From Eubacteriaceae bacterium (GTDB lineage: Bacteria > Bacillota > Clostridia > Eubacteriales > Anaerofustaceae): a stretch of 30,468 bases of DNA. The DNA lies in the NCBI GenBank assembly GCA_017531485.1, contig JAFXKY010000043.1, positions 1 to 30,468 of the forward strand. Reading direction: 5' to 3'. Under the pieces are notes generated by a model. It made no database searches and had not been told where the DNA came from. It saw only the letters and a program-made list of their open reading frames with translations. Made by a program: the position numbers and the translations under genes. Below are positions 1 to 9,780 of the stretch, one piece after another (position 1 is the first letter of the stretch; every line of letters begins with the position of its first letter).

Positions 1-9
1 CAGGTCATC

Positions 10-1605
10 TTATTTGTCAAAAACAGATGCCTTATTGTTTGCATAACGTAAGATCTGTGTCGCATCGAGCGCGTTGATCTTTCCGTCAGCATTTACGTCA
101 GCAGCTTTGTAAAGCGCTGTGTCTTCTTCAACACCTGAAAGTACAGATGCCTTGTTGTTTGCATATCTCAGGATCTGCGTTGCATCAAGGGCGTTGACTT
201 TACCATCACCGTTTACATCACCAAGAGTATATTCTTTTTCAAGAACCGGAATTTCTTCCTGCTTAACGATGATTTCTCCGCATACTGAGCACTTCTTGCC
301 TTCTGTAAGACCTGTGACCGTTTCTGTTGCAGGTTTGCCCGGGATAATTTCTTCCATATGTCCGAGTGCTGCAATTTCTTCCTGCGCTACAGTTACTGTT
401 CCGCAAACTGTGCATTTCTTACCTTCTGTAAGACCTGCCTCTGTACATGTTGCGGCTTTACCCTGAAGCACTTCTTCTTTGTGTCCGAGTGCTGCAATTT
501 CTTCCTGTTTAACCGTTACCGTTCCACAGACTGTGCACTTCTTACCTTCCGTAAGGCCTGTTTCTGTGCAGGTCGCTGCTTTGCCTTCGATTGCAACTTC
601 TGTGTGCGCAATTTTGTCAACAACTTTACCTGTTGCAAGTTTTGAATCGCAAACGTCGCAAACAGTGTCGCCTGTGTAGCCTGCCTTTTCACATGTTGCT
701 TCGATCTTTCCGACAACTTTCTGTGTATGAGCTTTCATCTCAATTTCTCTCGTCTCGGCCTCACCGCAAGCGCACACACGTTTTTCTTCACCTTTTTCTG
801 TGCATGTCGCATTTTTAGTTACTTTCCATTCGCCATAGTTATGTTCATGAGAAGCTTCTTCCTCTGCCCTTAGCTGAGAATCTGTCTTGATGTCATCAAT
901 GACAGCCTTTGCTTCATTGAGCGCCTGCTGAACATCTTCTGCAGTCTTTGCCCTGTCGATATCTTCAATTCCTGCTCTGACAGCTTCGGAAAGCTCTGTC
1001 TTTTGAGCTGCTCTGTAATCAGCCGGATCCTTATAGTTTTCAAGCTCGGCTTTCGCTTCTTCTTTTGTTTTTTCGAGAAGTTCATCGGCAGTCGCAATAT
1101 AGCTTACCTTACCTTCCGTGGAATAATAACTTCCGCCGTTAATGAGGTATGTACTGGTCCTGCCGAAATCCGCATCTTTTTCAACTACGCCAAATTCAAC
1201 TCCCACCATTCCGTCTTCTATCATACGGAAAGTGACCGTATCGATGAGAATCCTGCCTTCTTCTGCAGTCATTGTCTTTCCTGCACTTACATAAAGGCTT
1301 CTTGCAAGGATCCCTGCATCAGCATCTTTCTTCGTTCTTGCAACTCTGATGTTTTCTGCTTCTTCTGAGTAAAGAAGAACGGCATTTTCTGTATTATATT
1401 TTACGCTGTAGCCGACAGTATCAAAATCCACGTCTTCTGAGACATAAACTTTAGCTGTAACCGTATCGTCACGCTTTGATATATCTGTCTCTAAGACGAT
1501 CTCAATGGGAACGATATTTTCATCTGCCAAAACACCTGCAGGGAAAATTCCGAAACAAAGCAATACCGAGAGAAGTAAAGCAAATACTCTGTTTAATCTT
1601 TTCAT
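10..1605 (-). CDS. secreted dockerin-containing protein: signal peptide, cohesin-like beta-sandwich module, helical linker, 3.5x 37-aa His/Cys repeat, C-terminal dockerin
   Basis: The ORF track (10..1626) starts at a TTG. The in-frame ATG at 1603-1605 sits 5 nt after AGGAGA and gives MKRLNRVFALLLSVLLCFGIFPAGVLA, a typical signal peptide. The last 76 aa carry two dockerin Ca-binding repeats (GDVNGDGKVNALDATQILRYANNKASV / ADVNADGKINALDATQILRYANNKASV). The N-terminal module resembles the C-terminal modules of the 1240- and 1419-aa proteins (ILIDTVTF.. motif). Confidence 0.85.
   Translation of the reverse strand: MKRLNRVFALLLSVLLCFGIFPAGVLADENIVPIEIVLETDISKRDDTVTAKVYVSEDVDFDTVGYSVKYNTENAVLLYSEEAENIRVARTKKDADAGILARSLYVSAGKTMTAEEGRILIDTVTFRMIEDGMVGVEFGVVEKDADFGRTSTYLINGGSYYSTEGKVSYIATADELLEKTKEEAKAELENYKDPADYRAAQKTELSEAVRAGIEDIDRAKTAEDVQQALNEAKAVIDDIKTDSQLRAEEEASHEHNYGEWKVTKNATCTEKGEEKRVCACGEAETREIEMKAHTQKVVGKIEATCEKAGYTGDTVCDVCDSKLATGKVVDKIAHTEVAIEGKAATCTETGLTEGKKCTVCGTVTVKQEEIAALGHKEEVLQGKAATCTEAGLTEGKKCTVCGTVTVAQEEIAALGHMEEIIPGKPATETVTGLTEGKKCSVCGEIIVKQEEIPVLEKEYTLGDVNGDGKVNALDATQILRYANNKASVLSGVEEDTALYKAADVNADGKINALDATQILRYANNKASVFDK
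240..725 (-). repeat. in-frame ~111-nt (37-aa) tandem coding repeat, about 3.5 units, each with one His and three Cys (H-x7-9-ATCTE-G-LTEGKKC-TVCG)
   Basis: Direct reading shows repeated DNA blocks (gtgtccgagtgctgcaatttcttcctg...gttcc.ca.actgtgca.ttcttaccttc.gtaag.cctg). The corresponding protein units are AHTEVAIEGKAATCTETGLTEGKKCTVCGTVTVKQEEIAALG, HKEEVLQGKAATCTEAGLTEGKKCTVCGTVTVAQEEIAALG and HMEEIIPGKPATETVTGLTEGKKCSVCGEIIVKQEEI. Confidence 0.8.
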
Positions 1606-1635
1606 ATCTCTCCTTTCATCTGACAATCCGTCAGA

Positions 1636-1662
1636 TTATCCGGCAAAGCCCCGAAACGGGGC
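1636..1662 (-). other. GC-rich intergenic stem-loop between two tandem dockerin-protein genes (GGCAAAGCCCCG-AAA-CGGGGCCTGCC); possible terminator or processing element without a clear U-tract
   Basis: Inverted repeat read directly. It lies 25 nt upstream of the RBS of gene 10..1605 and 14 nt downstream of the stop of gene 1676..5398. Confidence 0.4.
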
Positions 1663-1675
1663 CTGCCGTAAATAA

Positions 1676-4600
1676 TTATTCGATAATTGTTGCGTAGCTT
1701 CCGAGAACTACTGAAAGATCTCCGCCGTTGATAAGTCCTTCTGACATTTCATCAACGTTGATGTCGCAGTGAGCGTTGAGTTCAGTAACTTCTTCGCCGT
1801 ATGTTCCGAGGATGATAGAAAGGTCCTGTCCGTTGATCACTCCGTCAACATTGACGTCACCATTCTTCCAGAATGCGTGGCATTTTTCTGTTTCTTCGAG
1901 AACGTTGAGTTTTTCAACATACTGTTTTACTTCATCTTCAAGATTTTCATAAGCTTCTCTTGCCTGATGCATAATTTCAAAGTCAGAAAATTCAACAATT
2001 TCGCCGATCTTTGCGATGATTTCATCAACAACCGCTGCTTTTGCTTTGTCTTCAGAAACGATTCTTGTGTATGTAACAATTCCGTCTGTGAGTACGTTTT
2101 CAGCCTGTGCAGTTTCTTCGATGAATACAGTAACGAATGTGCTTTCGTCATTAAGATCAACGTCATTTTCAACTGCAGTAAGTTCTGCATTGATCATACC
2201 GTCACCCACAGCCTTGAATGTGATCGTATCAATAAGGATACCTTCCTGAGCGATTGCGAAGTCTTCAACGTCTGCTTCGAGGCGGAGTTTTCTTACGATA
2301 AGTCCGTCTTCTTTTGTTGAAAGTTCATCAACGAGGTTTTCACCTGCCTGAGTGTTCTTTACAACGAATGCATCTTCATTGAATGAAAGTGCATATCCGA
2401 GAACGTTTGCATCAAGATCTTTGTTGCGGTAGTTTTTGAGGTAAACCTTAGCTACTGCATCTTCATTTTCTTTATATTCATCTTTGTCTAAAACAACTTC
2501 AAATCCGTAAACCGGAAGGAGGCTTTCGTCCATGAATGTGAGTTTTACATTTCCGCCGAACAGTCCGCTGTAGTAGCCGTACTGAAGATCCATTTCAGCC
2601 TTTCCGCCTTCAACTGTTACTGTCTTTGTTGAAGAACCGCTGAAACTGTATGACGGGAGTGAATAATCCATTACGCCGATGAGTTTCGTTCCGTCTTCCG
2701 TTCCTTCTTTGAGGATAACAGTTGCAGACGGGAGGAGTTTTCCGCTTTCGTCTTTATCCCATTCGACTTTTACTACTTCTCTGCCTGAGATCGCAAGTTT
2801 ATCTACCTGTCCCGGCCAGCCTACTGTACTGAGAGTAAATGTCGGAAGCTCTTCTGTCTGCATATAGAATTCCGGAACTGTGATCTTGCAGGTTGCTTCA
2901 ATATCTTTGATCTTCGCTGTAACAGTAGCTTCGCCTGCGCCTACAACTGCAATGTTGCCGTTATTTACTGTTACTACATTTTCATCAGATGAGAACCACT
3001 GAACTCTGCCGTCTGTGTGGTTTGTGGGATTGACTGTTGCAGTAAGTTTAAGTGTTTCTCCGTAGAGGAGTGTTGCTTCTGTCGTATCGAGTGTTACAGT
3101 TTCAGCAGGGATTTCGTAAACTTCAACTTCGACAGTCTTTGAAACGCTGCCTGCATTTATTCCGTCATCATATGATGATGTAACCCTGATTTTCGCTGTA
3201 CCCGGAGCCTGTGCAACAAAGAAAGAAGGATTCGCGCAAGGAACACGGTTGATGTACGAATTGATCTTTACGATACTTTCATCAGATGTTTCCCAGATCA
3301 CATCGTCCGTAATTTCTTCCGGATCAGTTACTGCCTTAAGACGGAAACTGTCTCCGAGACGGATTCTGATTTTACCGTTTTCCGGTTCTGTTGTTGTTCC
3401 GTCGTTGTTATAAAGAACGATATCGATAGCATCTGCATGAACAGCGATTACGTTTACAACACATTCAGCTTTTACATCACTGCCATATGCCTGTGCCGTA
3501 ATTGTTGCTGTACCGGCAGCTACAGCTTTTACTTTACCATTCTGATCCACTGTTGCAATGTTTTCATCTGAAGAACTCCATAAAACAGTAGATGTTGATC
3601 CTTCATCGAGAGTTGCTGTGAGTGTTTCGTTTCTGCCAATAAGAAGTGTTGTTTCTGTTTTGTTGAGTGTTACTGCTTTGGTCGGTACTGATTTTGCGAA
3701 GTTTACTACCCAGTGTTCGTTGTTGTACTCTTCTCCGAAATTGCGTTCAAATGTTCCTTCGTAGTTTTCAACTGTTACGACTGTTACAACATCGCCTTCA
3801 TAGTTTGTCTTGAATTTAAGAAGTGCATCAGCTGTTTCTTCTGCGATATAAATCGTTGCTGTCTTGCCGTCCCATTTGTAATCTTGAATCGTTACGCCTG
3901 CGATAAGAAGCTCCGTAACCTGTCTTCCGTAATAGTCATTACGCGGAACGGGGATTGAAATCGCTTCACCGAATACTGTGAATTCGCATGTATCTTCGAG
4001 TTCGCCGATTTTTGCCGTAATAGTAGCTTTTCCTTCCGCTACGGCTGTTACGACGCCGTTTTCGTCAACTGTTGCGATATCTTCATCTGATGAACTCCAT
4101 ACGGGAACATCAGTTGTCGTTTCCGGAGAAAGTGTTGCAGTAAGAGCTAATGTATCGCCTTTTGCCGCGCCTGCTTTTTCGGGGATTTCAAGAGAAGTTG
4201 CTGCTACCGGTTCGTGAACGATAATTGTGGCATAGTCAAAGTCCATGCCTTTTGCAACCATAAGTGCAACTACGTCATTTTCCGTAACGCCGAGTTTTTC
4301 AACGTCTTCGCCGAATGCCTTTTCAAGATCAGCGTATGAAACAAGATAATCTTTTGTGCTATAACCACCTGCCCAGCCATAGTTCATCGCAACATCGCTG
4401 ATGTCTGTTTCCCAGCCGTATGAGCTGATCTTCATTGTTCCGTCAAGGGTGTATACAATAAATCCGCTTGAGAATGAAGATCTTTTGTTTACGAGGTGGA
4501 ATCCTTCGAAACCGCTGATTGAAAGTTTGTATACGTTTTTGAGTGTAAGCTCTTCTTCGCCGAAGGTCATCTTCTTGATGCCCGTAAGGTCAGAGAAGAT

Positions 4601-5398
4601 TTCTCCGCCCTGATATGCGTAGTCTGTATATCTCTTTGCGATAATAGATTCTTCACCTTTTACTGTGATTTCACAAGTATCACTTACTTCACCTGCTGTT
4701 GCTGTGATAGTAGCTGTGCCGACTTTGAGGGCTTCAACTCTTCCTGTGTTGTCAACGGTAGCTACAGTTTCATCAGAAGAAGTCCATACCACTTTGTCTG
4801 TTGTGTCCGCCGGTTCAACTGCAACTCCAAGACGGAAGTTCGAAAGAACTTCAAGCTCTTTTGTTTCCGGTGTTACAGTAACTGCTGTTGCGGGAATTCC
4901 GCCTACAGTAATTTCTTCTGTTTTTGTAACTGTGGGAGCAGCAACGTCTTCTGCGACACCTGCGGTGATCTTCTGAAAGAGTTCAATTTCTGCGCCTGCT
5001 GTTACGCTTCCTGAACCGATTACTTCAAAAACCGCAACGAAGAGTTTGCCGTCTGTTGTGATCGGTGTCACCTTTGCAAATGTGATAAAGCCGTACTGTT
5101 CGCTGTAAGGCTCCGTATTTGCAACTGCCGTACCGAGTTTTCCGTCAACGAGCTCTGTATCTTCGTTAATCTTCAGTCCTTTGAATTTAAGGACTTCTTC
5201 GTCAAAATCAAGTCTGATACCCACGTTTGTGAATCCGGGGTTGTTTGTAAGTGTATAAGTTACTTCGATAATGTCGCCGATGTCTGCTGAAGTTTTGTCA
5301 GATTCTGCAGTAATGATTGCATCTGCCGCAAATACCATCCCCGGCACAGCACCCATTACCATCAGGACAACGAGTAATATTGATAATATACGTTTCAT
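1676..5398 (-). CDS. large secreted surface protein: signal peptide, N-terminal beta-sandwich domain, 4-5 Big_2 (bacterial Ig-like group 2) repeats, cohesin-like module, helical linker, C-terminal dockerin
   Basis: The 1240-aa ORF starts MKRILSILLVVLMVMGAVPGMVFA. Big_2 signature segments recur, e.g. VVWTSSDETVATVDNTGRVEALKVGTATITA, VWSSSDEDIATVDENGVVTAVAEGKATITA, VLWSSSDENIATVDQNGKVKAVAAGTATITA and VQWFSSDENVVTVNNGNIAVVGAGEATVTA. The C-terminus has dockerin repeats GDVNVDGVINGQDLSIILGTY and DINVDEMSEGLINGGDLSVVLGSY. Confidence 0.85.
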   Translation of the reverse strand: MKRILSILLVVLMVMGAVPGMVFAADAIITAESDKTSADIGDIIEVTYTLTNNPGFTNVGIRLDFDEEVLKFKGLKINEDTELVDGKLGTAVANTEPYSEQYGFITFAKVTPITTDGKLFVAVFEVIGSGSVTAGAEIELFQKITAGVAEDVAAPTVTKTEEITVGGIPATAVTVTPETKELEVLSNFRLGVAVEPADTTDKVVWTSSDETVATVDNTGRVEALKVGTATITATAGEVSDTCEITVKGEESIIAKRYTDYAYQGGEIFSDLTGIKKMTFGEEELTLKNVYKLSISGFEGFHLVNKRSSFSSGFIVYTLDGTMKISSYGWETDISDVAMNYGWAGGYSTKDYLVSYADLEKAFGEDVEKLGVTENDVVALMVAKGMDFDYATIIVHEPVAATSLEIPEKAGAAKGDTLALTATLSPETTTDVPVWSSSDEDIATVDENGVVTAVAEGKATITAKIGELEDTCEFTVFGEAISIPVPRNDYYGRQVTELLIAGVTIQDYKWDGKTATIYIAEETADALLKFKTNYEGDVVTVVTVENYEGTFERNFGEEYNNEHWVVNFAKSVPTKAVTLNKTETTLLIGRNETLTATLDEGSTSTVLWSSSDENIATVDQNGKVKAVAAGTATITAQAYGSDVKAECVVNVIAVHADAIDIVLYNNDGTTTEPENGKIRIRLGDSFRLKAVTDPEEITDDVIWETSDESIVKINSYINRVPCANPSFFVAQAPGTAKIRVTSSYDDGINAGSVSKTVEVEVYEIPAETVTLDTTEATLLYGETLKLTATVNPTNHTDGRVQWFSSDENVVTVNNGNIAVVGAGEATVTAKIKDIEATCKITVPEFYMQTEELPTFTLSTVGWPGQVDKLAISGREVVKVEWDKDESGKLLPSATVILKEGTEDGTKLIGVMDYSLPSYSFSGSSTKTVTVEGGKAEMDLQYGYYSGLFGGNVKLTFMDESLLPVYGFEVVLDKDEYKENEDAVAKVYLKNYRNKDLDANVLGYALSFNEDAFVVKNTQAGENLVDELSTKEDGLIVRKLRLEADVEDFAIAQEGILIDTITFKAVGDGMINAELTAVENDVDLNDESTFVTVFIEETAQAENVLTDGIVTYTRIVSEDKAKAAVVDEIIAKIGEIVEFSDFEIMHQAREAYENLEDEVKQYVEKLNVLEETEKCHAFWKNGDVNVDGVINGQDLSIILGTYGEEVTELNAHCDINVDEMSEGLINGGDLSVVLGSYATIIE

Positions 5399-5507
5399 TT
5401 TTATCTCCTGTATATTCTAAGATTTCCGCTGCGTACAGAAAATATGACTGCGGAAAAATTCATATTCCCTTTTGTGAGTATGCGGTTTACCGCATACCCG
5501 TCAGACA
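5399..5507 (-). other. structured intergenic region between the paralogous large surface-protein genes (perfect 8-bp hairpin GTATGCGG-TTTA-CCGCATAC at ~5472-5491 plus a second 6-bp stem TTCCGC...GCGGAA at ~5425-5456), then RBS CAGGAGA
   Basis: Inverted repeats read directly. There is no clean U-tract on the minus strand, so terminator function is uncertain. Confidence 0.35.
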
Positions 5508-8500
5508 TTATTTTACTTTTGTTGCGTAATTTGCGATTACGATTGAAAGGTCGCCGCCGTTGATAAGGCCGAGGGACATTTCATCTTTGTTGATATCGCA
5601 GTGAATGTTTCTTTCTGTGACTTCATCGCCATATGTTCCGAGGATAACTGAAAGGTCCTGCGCATTGATAACACCGCTTACGTCAATATCGCCCTTTGCC
5701 CAGAGGTCTTTTAATTTTTCCGCTGTTTCGAGAACGATATAGTTTTCAACGTACTGTTTTACTTCTTCTTCCGCTTCATCATATGATTTTCTTGCTTCTT
5801 CGATAGCTGCAAAGTCTGTGAATTCAACTTTATCTCCGATGACAGCGATAAGCTCTTCGATTCTGTCTGCAGAAATTTTATCGTTTTCAACGATCCTCGT
5901 GTATGTAACCTTGCCTTCTGCGCGGTATTTTTCAGCAGAAACAGCTTCTCCGTCTACGAATACCGTTACGAATGAACCGAACTGAGAAAGATCAACATCA
6001 TCTTCCACAGCTGTAAATCCGCAGTCGAGTTTTCCGTCTGCGTAAGCTTTGAATGTGAGTGTGTCGATGAGGATTCCGTTTTCATCAACGACGAATCCTT
6101 CTTCATTCTGCGCATCCACCATAAGTTTTCTGCTTACAAGACCTTTGATGCTGTCTGAAAGTTCGTCTGTAAGACCGTTTTCAGCGTTCGCACCTTTGAG
6201 AACGAATGATTCTTTGTTGAATGAAAGTGCATATCCGAACACGTTAGCATCGAATTCACCTTCAATGAGTTTTTTAACGTAAACTTTTGCTGTTACGTTG
6301 TCGTTTTCAGCATATTCGTCTTTGTCAAATACGATCTCATATTCATATGCAGGGATTCTGGGAATAACTTCCTGCGGGACAATTGTTTCTCCGCAGAATG
6401 AGCATACTTTGCCTTCAGTAAGGCCTTCTGAATGATAAGTCGCTTCAACTGCAGGAAGGATCTGTTCGATGTGTTCATCGTGGATACGGAGCCTGATAGT
6501 ATAAGTAGTCTTTTGGTATCCTGTTGCGATAGCTGAAGATGTACCAAGACCGACTGTAATTACAGCTTCGTTGTTTTCGTCCCATACGGGCATTACAGTA
6601 ACTTTTCCTACCGGTTCAGCGTTCATGTCAGACGCACTTCTTACCTTTGCGGCAGATGTGTTTGCCCAGTAATAGATGGTCGGTGTGCTGCTGAGGTTTC
6701 TGAGCAAACCGGTCATTTCGATCTGTACAGGCTGTGTTTTGTCTGTATCAGCTGCAAGTTCAATAGTGTAAGATGTTTCTGTGTAGCCGTCAAGGAGAAG
6801 ACCTCTGGGACCTGCAAGAGCGATAGTCTTAAGAGCACGTCCTGCGCTTGATGTGGGTGTAGCGGAGCCTGTTTCAATGAAGAATTCATTGGGCATACCG
6901 TAAACTTCCACTTCACAGCTTGCGGAAAGACCGTTGATCGTTGCTGTGATGGTTGTCTTTCCTGCTTTCATACCTTTTACAACGCCTGTTTCGCTTACAG
7001 TTGCGATAGTTTCATCGGCACTTGTCCATGTGATGATGTCAGTTGTGTCTGAAGGCACTACAGTTGCTTTGATAGCTTCTTCAGAGCTTGCTTCAAGGAC
7101 GATTTCTGAACGGTCAAGAGTTACAGCCGTTGCGGGAATCACTTTAACGTCGATATTAATTTCCGGAAGTGTTCCAAGCTGGAGTCCGGCTTCTGAGCCG
7201 CTTGCCATTCCTGATGCAGTGCCGTATGTTACTTTTCTGTGTCCGCCGACAGAATCTCCGCTGAATCCGCCTACAAGGACGTAACCGTTGAGAGTGAGAG
7301 TTGTTCCTGTTTCTGCTGTTTCCGGAACAGTGATTTCAAGAACCTGTTCTGATGCTGAGAAATTATATTTACCGAAAACCGCTCCTGAGCTGTTTCTGTA
7401 CACATTGCCGGACTGGTCTGTGTAATAGAGCTGGCAGTTGAAGTTATACTTCGTTGCAAATTTTTCAGCGGGGTTTGTGATTCCCTTGATCTTTGCGATA
7501 ATCGTTCTGCCGGGGGCCACATAAAATCCTTCCGGAAGTTCGTTTCCGTTTACGTCAAAGTATTTTACACTTACCTGCTGTGCAGTAACTACCTGATAGC
7601 CGTAAACTCCGTCTTTTTCAAATCTTAAGATATGACGGCCTGTTGTAAGTCCTGATACTGTAACTGTGCCGTCTTCTGCTACAGTTACACCTTCGTCTGT
7701 GAATTCGCCGAATGAGAGAGTTTCTTTTCCGACTGTGCTTCTGTTTACAGTAACTTTCACTCCTTCTTCCGGAACAAATGTAACTTCCGCACCGTCATCA
7801 TCTGTATAGAACTGCGGTGAGTGTTCTGCATCGAATATGTTGCCGTTGCAGGTCATGTTGCTCTTGATCGCAGTTCCGTCTTTACCTACGCTTACAACGA
7901 AAACGCCTGTTCTGTCCGGCCAGATTGCTGAATATCTGTTGCCTCCACCGGCGTCGCCGTTGGAATTTTTGACTGTACTGTCGCTGTACATCGCATCATA
8001 CGTTACGAGAACGATTGCAGTACCTTCTCCCGTTGCCTGAAGTGTAGCGGCAGCGGAGTTATTCTTATCGGGAGTGATAGTAATTACATCTTCACCTTCG
8101 ATATTTATGATCTCATAATCAAAATCCGGAAGGGAGATGGCATCGTTGATGAAGCTGTTGATCGCCTGGAAGTTACGGAACATATTAAGTCCCTTTGTAT
8201 CACCAACATTGAGGTTGATGTAACCGGCGTTGTTGATATTCATGTAAATATCAGCAAGGTCCATTTCGAATTTTTCGAAGTTGCGGTAAACCGTATCGTC
8301 ATCGAATTTATCTTCTTCACCATCGCCCATAAAGAGCATTTCTTCTGTAATAGTGATGGTCTTGCCGTCTGTCTTTGCTGATTTCCAGTCCCAGTATGTT
8401 ACTGCATCACTGTCGTCAGGTCTTTGTACCCTTACAAATGCAGTCTTGCCGCCTCCGGCAGTAAGAGGAGCAAATCTGTAAGTTACTGTTTCTTCACCTT

Positions 8501-9767
8501 CGGTAATGTCGATAGGTGTAATGAATGTGTAATTGAAAGATCCCTGAAGGTTACCTGCTGAAACGACAGAACCTTTCGGCGCGATTACCTTGAAGTTTTT
8601 AAGAGAAAATTCAACAGCGATCTTACCTGCCTGAGGTGTCTGGTCCTTAAGCTCTGCAACGTTGTAGCCTGAAGCAGATGTTGTAAGTGTATATGTAACG
8701 GTCTGTATCGTTGCGAGGAGGAATGTGTCAGATGCTGTTCCGCTGATCTTTACACCGTCTATGTCCGTAATTTCGACCGATTCCACTGTATCGCCTCCGA
8801 TGCTGCCTTCGAGACTGCAGTCAAATGTGACATCAACAAGTGTGAGTCCGTCTGTTGAGTTTACCGTAGCTGATGAAGAGATCCTTCCGTCAGCTTCCCA
8901 CATGATCCTTGAGACATTTTCAGGAACCTTTACAACGCCTTCAGCGTAAGTAAGTTTGTCACCCTTTACTGTCGTGCCGGATTTTAATTCATTTACAGCA
9001 TAAAATTCCGGAGTAACTCCATCCGGAACCGTTACATCTACGTCATAAGTCGTTTCTGAGTTTTTTACCGTAAGAGTTACTTTGTGTGTCGGTCTGCTTG
9101 CTTCGGCAGTTTTGCCGTCTGTTGCCGTAAATACGAGAGTATATGTACCGACGACAGCATTTGAATAGCTGTATGACGCATCTGCACTTACAGCCGCCGC
9201 ACCGTTTACAGAAACAGTGTATGCAAGTTCGTCAGCATCCGCATCTGCGAACACGCTGTTCAGATCAAGTGTGTAGCTTTCGTTATAAAATACGGAAGAT
9301 GTCGTTTCTGCCTGAACACCTTCCTTAAGAACAGGACTTTCATTCGGCTCTGCTGTGTAAAATTTAAAGGTGTTCGTTCCGCTTCTGCTTACACCTGCAC
9401 CGCTTGCCTTATAGGCGTATACTTTTACGGTCGCCTGTCCGTCAACGAGGTTTGTGGTGTAAGTTTTTGTGTTGGTCGCATCATCATTCCAGTTGATGCC
9501 GAGGTTTCCTGAACTCCTTCCGCCGGCAGTCACTTCCAGAGTGATCTGCGCGTCTGCAGCTGTTTCGTGGTCAAGATAGATATTAAAACCGTCTGTATAG
9601 CTGACATTTGCACCGCTGAGGGAAACACTTTCCACATAATAATAACTGAATGGCCAGCTGCTTCCCGTGTAGATTACGATACTTTCATTTTCTGCAGCAA
9701 ATACCATGCCCGGAACTGAACCCATCATCATCAGAACGACGAGTAATATTGATAATATACGTTTCAT
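5508..9767 (-). CDS. large secreted surface protein (paralog of 1676..5398): signal peptide, long beta-rich region of unknown folds, one Big_2 repeat, one copy of the His/Cys motif, cohesin-like module, helical linker, C-terminal dockerin
   Basis: The 1419-aa ORF has signal peptide MKRILSILLVVLMMMGSVPGMVFA, nearly identical at DNA level to that of 1676..5398. Big_2 segment: ITWTSADETIATVSETGVVKGMKAGKTTITA. Single His/Cys unit: ATYHSEGLTEGKVCSFCGETIV. Dockerin: GDIDVSGVINAQDLSVILGTY / DINKDEMSLGLINGGDLSIVIANY. Confidence 0.85.
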   Translation of the reverse strand: MKRILSILLVVLMMMGSVPGMVFAAENESIVIYTGSSWPFSYYYVESVSLSGANVSYTDGFNIYLDHETAADAQITLEVTAGGRSSGNLGINWNDDATNTKTYTTNLVDGQATVKVYAYKASGAGVSRSGTNTFKFYTAEPNESPVLKEGVQAETTSSVFYNESYTLDLNSVFADADADELAYTVSVNGAAAVSADASYSYSNAVVGTYTLVFTATDGKTAEASRPTHKVTLTVKNSETTYDVDVTVPDGVTPEFYAVNELKSGTTVKGDKLTYAEGVVKVPENVSRIMWEADGRISSSATVNSTDGLTLVDVTFDCSLEGSIGGDTVESVEITDIDGVKISGTASDTFLLATIQTVTYTLTTSASGYNVAELKDQTPQAGKIAVEFSLKNFKVIAPKGSVVSAGNLQGSFNYTFITPIDITEGEETVTYRFAPLTAGGGKTAFVRVQRPDDSDAVTYWDWKSAKTDGKTITITEEMLFMGDGEEDKFDDDTVYRNFEKFEMDLADIYMNINNAGYINLNVGDTKGLNMFRNFQAINSFINDAISLPDFDYEIINIEGEDVITITPDKNNSAAATLQATGEGTAIVLVTYDAMYSDSTVKNSNGDAGGGNRYSAIWPDRTGVFVVSVGKDGTAIKSNMTCNGNIFDAEHSPQFYTDDDGAEVTFVPEEGVKVTVNRSTVGKETLSFGEFTDEGVTVAEDGTVTVSGLTTGRHILRFEKDGVYGYQVVTAQQVSVKYFDVNGNELPEGFYVAPGRTIIAKIKGITNPAEKFATKYNFNCQLYYTDQSGNVYRNSSGAVFGKYNFSASEQVLEITVPETAETGTTLTLNGYVLVGGFSGDSVGGHRKVTYGTASGMASGSEAGLQLGTLPEINIDVKVIPATAVTLDRSEIVLEASSEEAIKATVVPSDTTDIITWTSADETIATVSETGVVKGMKAGKTTITATINGLSASCEVEVYGMPNEFFIETGSATPTSSAGRALKTIALAGPRGLLLDGYTETSYTIELAADTDKTQPVQIEMTGLLRNLSSTPTIYYWANTSAAKVRSASDMNAEPVGKVTVMPVWDENNEAVITVGLGTSSAIATGYQKTTYTIRLRIHDEHIEQILPAVEATYHSEGLTEGKVCSFCGETIVPQEVIPRIPAYEYEIVFDKDEYAENDNVTAKVYVKKLIEGEFDANVFGYALSFNKESFVLKGANAENGLTDELSDSIKGLVSRKLMVDAQNEEGFVVDENGILIDTLTFKAYADGKLDCGFTAVEDDVDLSQFGSFVTVFVDGEAVSAEKYRAEGKVTYTRIVENDKISADRIEELIAVIGDKVEFTDFAAIEEARKSYDEAEEEVKQYVENYIVLETAEKLKDLWAKGDIDVSGVINAQDLSVILGTYGDEVTERNIHCDINKDEMSLGLINGGDLSIVIANYATKVK

Positions 9768-9780
9768 ATGTCAGTTTCCT

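Noticed and set aside
119-716. Plus- and minus-strand ORFs (119..466, 358..645, 479..679, 516..716, 591..818) overlapping the first dockerin gene
   Set aside because: They are antisense or out-of-frame readings of the 111-nt tandem repeat. They give repetitive Cys/Ser-rich translations, have no RBS, and overlap a gene supported by a signal peptide and dockerin.
240-725. Possibility that the regular ~111-nt repeats are a CRISPR-like array
   Set aside because: The repeats are in frame inside a long ORF, there are no unique spacers, and the period is far longer than CRISPR repeat-spacer units. No CRISPR array was found anywhere in the window.
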